NCBI GenBank assembly: GCA_023480925.1
Contig: JAMCWY010000015.1
Span: 8,338-40,337, forward strand
DNA from: Patescibacteria group bacterium
GTDB taxonomy: Bacteria > Patescibacteriota > Minisyncoccia > UBA6257 > HR35
Direction: 5' to 3'
DNA: 32,000 nt
Shown here: positions 26,446 through 32,000 of the stretch, piece by piece
Position numbering within the stretch: position 1 is the stretch's first letter
Layout of the letters: each line of letters opens with the position of its first letter
Notes under the pieces: generated by a model
What the model saw: only the letters and a program-made list of their open reading frames with translations
Told to the model about the DNA's origin: nothing
Databases searched by the model: none
Translations under genes and position numbers: made by a program

Positions 26446-26518
26446 GCGCGCGTAGCTCAACTGGCAGAGCTGGTGTCTTATACACACCCGGTTCCTGGTT
26501 CGAGTCCAGGCGCGCGCA
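26446..26518 (+). tRNA. tRNA-Ile with UAU anticodon (AUA decoder), no encoded CCA
   Basis: Hand fold: acceptor GCGCGCG/CGCGCGC, D arm GCTC-AACTGGCA-GAGC, perfect anticodon stem GGTGT/ACACC with loop C-T-TAT-A-C, variable CGGTT, T arm CCTGG-TTCGAGT-CCAGG, discriminator A followed by AAA. Confidence 0.88.
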
Positions 26519-26820
26519 AAAATCAAAAATTGTAATTATTAAGACGTTCTGCTCTTTTGAAATAGGCGGGAGGATGCTGATGTTTGTGTTTAGGTGCGAC
26601 AAACAACTGAACAATAAGTTGAGTCAGCCGCACGGCCAAGAGCGATACTGCCAAAGCCATGATTTTTACTTGGATAAGTTCAAGTAGAGTTATACAAAGA
26701 CATCATCAGAACATTTTTGAAGTAAGAGGTTCGGGTTATCGGCGTTTAAGTTATAATTAAATATGAATGATAATCGAGTCAGGTAATTTAATTTAATTTT
26801 AAATTAGTTCTAAACCGACC

Positions 26821-27150
26821 ATGAAAAAAATTTTTCTTATTTTAACTCTGGCTTTTTGCTTTTTTCTTTTAACGGCCAATTTAAGTTTCGCTTTTTTAAC
26901 TTTTGGCGGCCGGATTATTTCAATTGCGCCTTGCCTTAACGGCTTGGATTTGACTTTAACTTTGCCGCGGCCGGGAAATTATCTTTTCCCCTGGGGGGCG
27001 CGGCTCTACGAATGGTACGCCATTCGGCCCGGGGTTTGGCTTTTGGGTCAAGCTTTACCCGGCGGCGCTTGTTTGATTCCGGCGCCCTGGGGCGTGATGC
27101 CGATTCCAACCGCTTACACGATTTTATTCACCGGCACGTCGCTTTGGTAA
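26821..27150 (+). CDS. Small secreted hypothetical protein (109 aa; Gly/Pro/Trp/Leu-rich, conserved-looking Cys pair)
   Basis: Signal peptide MKKIFLILTLAFCFFLLTANLSFA. The mature part is FLTFGGRIISIAPCLNG...LPGGACLIPAPWGVMPIPTAYTILFTGTS. The coding region is visibly more GC-rich than its surroundings. No family recognised. Confidence 0.6.
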   Translation: MKKIFLILTLAFCFFLLTANLSFAFLTFGGRIISIAPCLNGLDLTLTLPRPGNYLFPWGARLYEWYAIRPGVWLLGQALPGGACLIPAPWGVMPIPTAYTILFTGTSLW

Positions 27151-27241
27151 AAACAGTTAAAACGTCAGCTTTTGCTCTCGACCAGCGATTTTATAAAAAT
27201 AGATTATGAAATTTTTATTGTTGACGCAATAAACAAACCGC

Positions 27242-27739
27242 TCACTTGTCTTTGAGGTAATTTTCAACTTGTTCGATTAGATTGATTTGAGCTGGGTTGA
27301 TTTTAATCTTGGCGATCGCGCTCGGGAAAAATTCGGCTTGATCAACTTCGGGAACCAGTCGCTTTTGGCCGGAACGGAGCGGCCATTCGATTTCGCATAA
27401 ATTGCTCTTGGGTTTAAAGTTTGTCGGAATCAGATCGGTCGGTTCCAAACAGGCCCAGGCTTGAACGATTTTGTTGTTTTTTTGGACGATTGGTTCGAGC
27501 GGTAGAAGTTGATCGGCCGGTTTTAATTTCAGGGCTAAACCGACTTCTTCCTCGAATTCGCGCAAGGCGGTTGAGAAAAAATCAATCTCGTCATCGATTT
27601 CGCCCTTAGGAATACTCCAAACACCATTGTCCCTATTTTTGAAAAACGGTCCGCCCGGGTGAACCAAGAAAAAAGAAATTTGGCCAAGGTTAAGGCGATA
27701 AAGCAAAATACCGGCGCTGATTTTTTTTAATTTTGTCAT
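27242..27739 (-). CDS. NUDIX family hydrolase
   Basis: Nudix box GEIDDEIDFFSTALREFEEEVGL (G-x5-E-x7-REUxEExGU) preceded by SAGILLYR...FLVHPGGPFFKNRDNGVWSIPKG. Confidence 0.85.
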   Translation of the reverse strand: MTKLKKISAGILLYRLNLGQISFFLVHPGGPFFKNRDNGVWSIPKGEIDDEIDFFSTALREFEEEVGLALKLKPADQLLPLEPIVQKNNKIVQAWACLEPTDLIPTNFKPKSNLCEIEWPLRSGQKRLVPEVDQAEFFPSAIAKIKINPAQINLIEQVENYLKDK

Positions 27740-27762
27740 CTTTTATTGAATATAATAACAAT

Positions 27763-28827
27763 ATGGTTGAAAAAACAAAAAACAAAAAAATTTTGGTTTT
27801 AATGTCAGGCGGGGTTGATTCGTCCGTAGCCGCCGTCTTGCTTAAAAAAGATGGCAATAAGTTGATTGGCGTTCACTTGAAACTTTCCCGTTTTTGTCAA
27901 CCCGAAGATGAGGTTGAGGCCAGGCGGGTGGCCGAAATTTTGAAAATTCCTTTTTACGTTTTTGACATTAGCCGAGAATACGAAGAAAAAATTGTCCGGC
28001 CGATGATTAAAGAGTACGCTTTGGGCCGAACGCCCAACCCCGACGTCGAGTGCAATCGATTAATTAAGTTTGATTTGATTGAAAAAAAGTTAAAGCCGCT
28101 TGGTTTCGATTTTTTAGCCACGGGTCATTACGCTCGAATCGAATCGGGTCGGCTCTACACGGCCAAAGATAAAAACAAAGATCAGAGTTATTTCTTATGG
28201 GGAATCAAGCGATCGCGCTTAAAAAAAATCTTGATGCCGATTGGCGACTATCTAAAGAGTGAGGTCAGGGAGTTGGCGAAAAAATTCAACCTGCCAAACT
28301 TTGCCAAAAAAGACTCACAGGGCATCTGTTTTTTGGGCGATATTTCTTTAAACGATTACTTAAAAGAATTTTTACCGATCAAGATTGGCCAAGTTTTAAA
28401 CAGTCGGGGCCAGGTTATTGGCCAGCACTCCGGCTACTATTTTTTGACCGAGGGCCAGCGTCACGGTCTGGATTTAAAAAATCAACTTGGACCATATTAT
28501 GTCGCTTTGAAAAAACCAAGAAAAAATATCTTGGTCGTGGCTAAGGCGACTGAGCCGATTTTGAAGACAAAAGCGATTAGATTAAAAAAAATTAACTGGT
28601 TGGTTGATCCAAGTAAATTAAGCCAAAAAATGTTGGAAAATATTTTTGTCCGGGTTCGTTATCGTCAACCGCTGGTTCAAGTCCAATTTGATCCGGGAAA
28701 AAAAGAGTTGAAATTTGCTCAGTCGATTCGTGCCGTCGCCTTGGGTCAGAGCGCGGTTTTTTACGAAAAAAATAAAGACAATGACTTCTTTTTGCTCGGC
28801 GGCGCCGTCATCGCCTCGAAATTTTAA
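27763..28827 (+). CDS. mnmA: tRNA-specific 2-thiouridylase (tRNA U34 2-thiolation)
   Basis: PP-loop VLMSGGVDSSVAA, NPDVECN, ATGHYAR and DQSYFLW motifs. I prefer ATG at 27763 (MVEKTKNKKILVLMSGG) over the ORF-track TTG at 27733, which would overlap the divergent NUDIX gene. Confidence 0.9.
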   Translation: MVEKTKNKKILVLMSGGVDSSVAAVLLKKDGNKLIGVHLKLSRFCQPEDEVEARRVAEILKIPFYVFDISREYEEKIVRPMIKEYALGRTPNPDVECNRLIKFDLIEKKLKPLGFDFLATGHYARIESGRLYTAKDKNKDQSYFLWGIKRSRLKKILMPIGDYLKSEVRELAKKFNLPNFAKKDSQGICFLGDISLNDYLKEFLPIKIGQVLNSRGQVIGQHSGYYFLTEGQRHGLDLKNQLGPYYVALKKPRKNILVVAKATEPILKTKAIRLKKINWLVDPSKLSQKMLENIFVRVRYRQPLVQVQFDPGKKELKFAQSIRAVALGQSAVFYEKNKDNDFFLLGGAVIASKF

Positions 28828-28917
28828 TTGAGATTATAATTTTAGGTATAGCGGTCGTTTAATTTAAAACAATTTTATTATTATAATATTTTTTAGATTA
28901 AAGCAAGTGATTAAGTT

Positions 28918-30858
28918 ATGATTAATAAAATCAGAAAAAGAATTAATCGGGGCTTAACTTTGATTGAAATCCTGATTGTTTTGATAATTATCGTTTCGCT
29001 TGTCGCTTTCGTTATCTTGATCTTGAAGCCGCAGGAAATTTTCGCCAAGATGAGAGACTTGACCAGATTGAATAATATTGAAAATATTCAGGTTTCAGTC
29101 AGCGCGGCGGAAAATTTTAACCAAAGTCTTTCTCTTGGCCAGACCCAAACCGTCTATCTCTCTCTGCCCGATAGCTCCGCCACTTGCTCTTCCTGGGCGG
29201 TTAATCTGACCTCGTTGGCGAACGGTTGGTCTTATCATTGCGTTGGCGCGGCCACTCTCCAAAATGCTTCCGGCACTGGTTGGCTGCCGATTAATTTCAC
29301 GGCCGGGTTTCAAAATTTAAACCTTTTGCCAATCGATCCAGTCAACAATCTAACCAATTCGCTCGCGGAGTTTTACGCTTATGTCACCAATGGCAGCGGT
29401 TTCAGTTTTTATTTTAAACCGCAATCAACTCTTTATCAAATCAAGGCTGAAAATGATAATGGTTTTTTGCCTGAGTTTTACGAGGTTGGAACGAAAAGAA
29501 TCGTCATCCCTTTTACTTGGGCGAATATTTATAACGCGCCGGTTGGCAGTATTTCAAAAATCAGGCCGATAACCAACGGCGGTTCGATCGTTACCGGCTG
29601 CGGTCAACCCCAGGGTTATGTTAATGGCGACTTGGTTTGCCAATTCTGGGTCGCGCGCTTAGACGCCGAAGGTAATGTTTTATGGCAAAGATTTTATGGT
29701 CCTTATGGAGTAAATGCTATAAGTAATACTTTGGATATGGATGTGCGTCAAACAAGCGACGGCGGATTTGTTGTCACTGGCCCGATCAAACAATACTGGT
29801 GGGGTGGTTGGAATCCCGGCGGGATCGTGTTTAAACTTGATTCTCAGGGCAATCTTTTGTGGTCAAAGTGGTATGGCGGTACTAACTATTTTGACAGCGG
29901 TCATATTATTCAAACAAGCGACGGCGGTTACGTTATGGCTGAGATTTGGCCTAATATTGGTTTATTTAAATTAGACAGCGCCGGCAACATTCAGTGGCAG
30001 GAACAGTACGGGGCCGGTTCCGTTTATTCGATTCTTCAAACAAGCGACGGTGGCTATCTTCTTGGAACGAGAGAGGGAAACTCCTCACCCAGTTATGTTG
30101 TTCTTTTTAAATTAGACAGCGCCGGCAACATTCAGTGGCAGAAAACATATCCTGGTCTGTCTTTAGATCCAGGCAATTATCCTGGTAAAGATCTTAGAAT
30201 TATTTCTTTAACAAATGATCCCCAAGGAGGCACGTACTTGGTTGCTAGTTCGGGCAACGCTGGTTCTGTTTCTGCGGGTGTCGTGGTGTTTGATCTTGAC
30301 GCGAACGGCAATATTATTTGGCAAAAAGGTTATGATGTCGGCGGCGGCGGTCTGAACACAAATCACAGTGTCAGCGAACTTGTCCAAAATAATACGGATC
30401 AAGGTTATATTTTGAGCGGGGGGACTGGTTCTTTTACGACTAACAATACCGTTGGTCAGTGTTACTTATTTGAGGTTGATACTAACGGCAATCCAGTCTG
30501 GTTTAGACTATATGATACTTACGGCACGACCGGTAATCAGTGCAGCTTTAATTCTAATGGCTATTTTGTTCCGGGCACGAATACTTATGTCGTTGGCACG
30601 AGTTTTGGCGGTAAGTATACTTTGATTGTTTCGGTTGATTTGAGTCAAGATGGTTATATTTCTTCCAGTTGCCCAAAAATATCGTTATTGTCGGTCAGAA
30701 CAAGTTTTGGCGGCACGACCACAACAAGCATAACCGCTTCAACGACAAATTACACCGCGTCGGTTTCAACTTATCCGGTCGCCAATCCTTCGGCCGCGAC
30801 CCTGAGATCAGTTCCATCTTTGGGTTCGACCGGACCAACCAAGTGGTGTCATTATTAG
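28918..30858 (+). CDS. Large type IV pilin-like protein: prepilin N-terminus, pilin head, about 7-bladed beta-propeller, S/T-rich tail
   Basis: MINKIRKRINRG/LTLIEILIVLIIIVSLVAFVIL (Gly12, Glu at +5). Then RDLTRLNNIENIQ and a Cys-bracketed head ending GTGWLPINF. About seven repeats follow of the form QTSDGGY...KLDSAGNIQWQK-YG. Confidence 0.8.
   Translation: MINKIRKRINRGLTLIEILIVLIIIVSLVAFVILILKPQEIFAKMRDLTRLNNIENIQVSVSAAENFNQSLSLGQTQTVYLSLPDSSATCSSWAVNLTSLANGWSYHCVGAATLQNASGTGWLPINFTAGFQNLNLLPIDPVNNLTNSLAEFYAYVTNGSGFSFYFKPQSTLYQIKAENDNGFLPEFYEVGTKRIVIPFTWANIYNAPVGSISKIRPITNGGSIVTGCGQPQGYVNGDLVCQFWVARLDAEGNVLWQRFYGPYGVNAISNTLDMDVRQTSDGGFVVTGPIKQYWWGGWNPGGIVFKLDSQGNLLWSKWYGGTNYFDSGHIIQTSDGGYVMAEIWPNIGLFKLDSAGNIQWQEQYGAGSVYSILQTSDGGYLLGTREGNSSPSYVVLFKLDSAGNIQWQKTYPGLSLDPGNYPGKDLRIISLTNDPQGGTYLVASSGNAGSVSAGVVVFDLDANGNIIWQKGYDVGGGGLNTNHSVSELVQNNTDQGYILSGGTGSFTTNNTVGQCYLFEVDTNGNPVWFRLYDTYGTTGNQCSFNSNGYFVPGTNTYVVGTSFGGKYTLIVSVDLSQDGYISSSCPKISLLSVRTSFGGTTTTSITASTTNYTASVSTYPVANPSAATLRSVPSLGSTGPTKWCHY
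29965..30141. repeat. Perfect 36-nt direct repeat (tttaaattagacagcgccggcaacattcagtggcag) at 29965..30000 and 30106..30141 inside the propeller region
   Basis: Read directly. The same pair of blades also shares ttcaaacaagcgacgg (29909..29924 and 30035..30050), while the sequence between these blocks is divergent. Confidence 0.9.
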
Positions 30859-30886
30859 AAAATAACGACAAGAAAAAAATTAAATT

Positions 30887-31762
30887 TTACTCCTCTCGAA
30901 TTAGACCAAGTTCGGCCGCGTTTTTTTTATTAATGAGAAAGTCTCTAATTTGTTCCAAGATTCTGTCTTTTTGGCCGTAGGTTGATTTGAATGTTATCTC
31001 AACCGAATACTCGGTTTGGTTGAATTTTTTCGGACCGTTAACTCTAAAACTTACCGGCCGGATGTCGGGATCGAGCGTTTTGATCAGTTCGGTCAGATTG
31101 TCTTCAAGCTTAGTTTTCACGTCTTTAAACGGTTTTTCTTGGCTAAACCAAAGATTAAGCGAGGTTCGATTAAGGTGACGGGAAAGATTTGAAATAAAGT
31201 TGATCTGACTATTGGGAATAATGTGAATGCTCTTGTTCCGGTCTTGGAGAATGGTTGTGCGAAGATTAAGAGCACTGACTTGGCCGAGGAAAAGATTGTT
31301 GACTAAAATCCATTCGCCTTTGCGATACTGGTCTTCAAAAATTAAAACCCAGCCCTTGATGATGTCTTGGATAAAACCTTGGAAAGAAATAATGAAAGCC
31401 GCACCGATAAAACCGGCGCCGGTCAAAATCGGCAAAAGCTGGATGTCAAAAATTTTTAAGAGGGCGAGGAAAAAACTAAAAAAAAGCAAAAATTTAAGGA
31501 TGGAGCTGAAAATCGAGTCCAAAGTTTTAATTCGCTCGGTTGGAATGTTGGTGGCGTTGATATGTTCTTTCAGTTTGAGGCTAAAAAAAATCAGCCGCCG
31601 AATTAAAAAATTTAAAAGATAATAAATTAAAATCAAACCGACAGTGATGATTAAGATGATGACGATTTTTTCTTGATAGCTGTCAACGACCGCGGTTAAA
31701 AATTTCAGGCTTCGGTCAAAATGGATGGCGCCGAAAAATTTATTTTGATTTGAATCCGACAT
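30887..31762 (-). CDS. mscS: Small-conductance mechanosensitive channel (MscS family)
   Basis: Three N-terminal TM helices. Pore helix and beta-domain junction LLPILTGAGFIGAAFIISFQGFIQDIIKGWVLIFEDQYRKGEWI, followed by LRTTILQDRNKSIHIIPNSQI. This is the typical MscS core. Confidence 0.85.
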   Translation of the reverse strand: MSDSNQNKFFGAIHFDRSLKFLTAVVDSYQEKIVIILIITVGLILIYYLLNFLIRRLIFFSLKLKEHINATNIPTERIKTLDSIFSSILKFLLFFSFFLALLKIFDIQLLPILTGAGFIGAAFIISFQGFIQDIIKGWVLIFEDQYRKGEWILVNNLFLGQVSALNLRTTILQDRNKSIHIIPNSQINFISNLSRHLNRTSLNLWFSQEKPFKDVKTKLEDNLTELIKTLDPDIRPVSFRVNGPKKFNQTEYSVEITFKSTYGQKDRILEQIRDFLINKKNAAELGLIREE

Positions 31763-32000
31763 TGGTTCTTTTCGATTTGATTAAGGCTTTGTTGAAAAGT
31801 TCGATTGTTTCGTCGTAAGTTTGGCGATCGACCGGATAGGGGATACCGTCTTTGCCGCCGGCGATGAAGGTGTATCGGGCCGGATCGATTTTTGAGGCCG
31901 GCTCTTTGTAAACTAATTCAGCCACCAGCGAGAGCGCCCGAATTGTCTTAGGACCGACGCCTTTGGCTAAAACCAGATTTTCGATGTCTTGGGGATTAAG
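31740..32000 (-). CDS. DUF763-like protein, C-terminal part (5' end beyond the right edge of the window)
   Basis: The reverse frame is open from position 32000. It reads LNPQDIENLVLAKGVGPKTIRALSLVAELVYKEPASKIDPARYTFIAGGKDGIPYPVDRQTYDETIELF. The helix-hairpin-helix-like GVGPKTIRAL plus GGKDG-x-PYPVDR block matches my memory of the mostly archaeal DUF763 family. The ORF-track GTG start at 31925 is internal. Confidence 0.55.
   Translation of the reverse strand, partial: LNPQDIENLVLAKGVGPKTIRALSLVAELVYKEPASKIDPARYTFIAGGKDGIPYPVDRQTYDETIELFNKALIKSKRTNVGFKSK

Noticed and set aside
25907-26614. ORF-track entries 25907..26161(+), 25932..26267(+), 26046..26240(-) and 26420..26614(-)
   Set aside because: They start inside or run through the tRNA-Phe or tRNA-Ile genes. 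Their Arg/Pro/Ser-rich translations are typical of out-of-frame reading of GC-rich noncoding DNA.
25968-27240. Integrated mobile element or genomic island at tRNA-Phe or tRNA-Ile
   Set aside because: There is no integrase, recombinase or transposase ORF. I found no direct repeat of either tRNA 3' end. The ggttcgggttatcggcg at about 26728 matches the tRNA-Ile T arm for only 6-8 nt. Only compositional oddity remains, reported separately as a finding.
27733-27762. TTG start at 27733 for mnmA
   Set aside because: It adds ten non-conserved residues and overlaps the divergent NUDIX gene. The ATG at 27763 sits the usual distance before the SGGVDSS PP-loop.
29748-30141. Diversity-generating retroelement (TR/VR pair) explaining the repeats in the pilin-propeller gene
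   Set aside because: No reverse transcriptase or accessory gene is in the window. The repeats are short perfect blocks within one ORF, not a roughly 100-nt template/variable pair differing at adenines.
825-31622. Other short nested ORFs in the track (for example 825..1043(-), 1083..1361(-), 6898..7143(+), 8078..8335(+), 10730..11086(+), 20052..20303(-), 22915..23346(-), 29095..29313(-), 31227..31622(+))
   Set aside because: All are embedded in longer ORFs with recognisable family motifs on the other strand or frame, so I treat them as non-coding.
1-32000. CRISPR arrays, alternative genetic code (UGA recoding), rRNA operons
   Set aside because: I saw no regularly spaced direct repeats. UGA is used as a stop, for example comM at 9625..9627, and all conserved genes read through cleanly with code 11. 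There are no rRNA-like conserved blocks.

Overview
This is a compact, AT-rich window (about 40% G+C by eye) made up almost entirely of housekeeping genes. Gene content and style suggest a small-genome, CPR/Patescibacteria-like bacterium, which is an inference. The supporting traits are tight or overlapping gene junctions, an archaeal-type apgM, a short ValRS, many pilin-like genes and no obvious rho-independent terminators. UGA acts as a stop codon, so the standard code 11 applies.

Content from left to right:
- recO (partial) lies divergent from an S41 C-terminal processing peptidase. These are followed by rplI, rplY and a coiled-coil/SLT-type murein hydrolase, then a secreted protein.
- A minus-strand block holds murD, apgM, dgkA, pgk, comM, a DUF2079 membrane protein and a GT2 polyprenol-phosphate mannosyltransferase.
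- RNase P RNA comes next, then rpsL-rpsG-fusA followed directly by three pseudopilin-like genes.
- tRNA-Leu(CAG), rnj, tsaD, valS, and an overlapping prsW/hsp20 pair follow.
- A small tRNA island holds tRNA-Phe, a GC-rich 480-nt spacer and tRNA-Ile(UAU), then a GC-rich small secreted protein.
- The window ends with a NUDIX hydrolase, mnmA, a 646-aa pilin/beta-propeller fusion, mscS and a partial DUF763 gene.

I found no CRISPR array, transposase, integrase, reverse transcriptase or rRNA.

The best candidates for something undescribed are:
- the pilin-related loci: a leaderless pseudopilin, a GW-repeat pilin and a PilX-like gene grafted onto the str operon, plus the distant pilin-propeller fusion;
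- the tRNA-Phe / GC-rich spacer / tRNA-Ile(UAU) / small Cys-Trp-Pro-Gly-rich secreted protein segment.

None of these can be proven novel from sequence alone. All functional calls rest on motif recognition by eye, not database searches.
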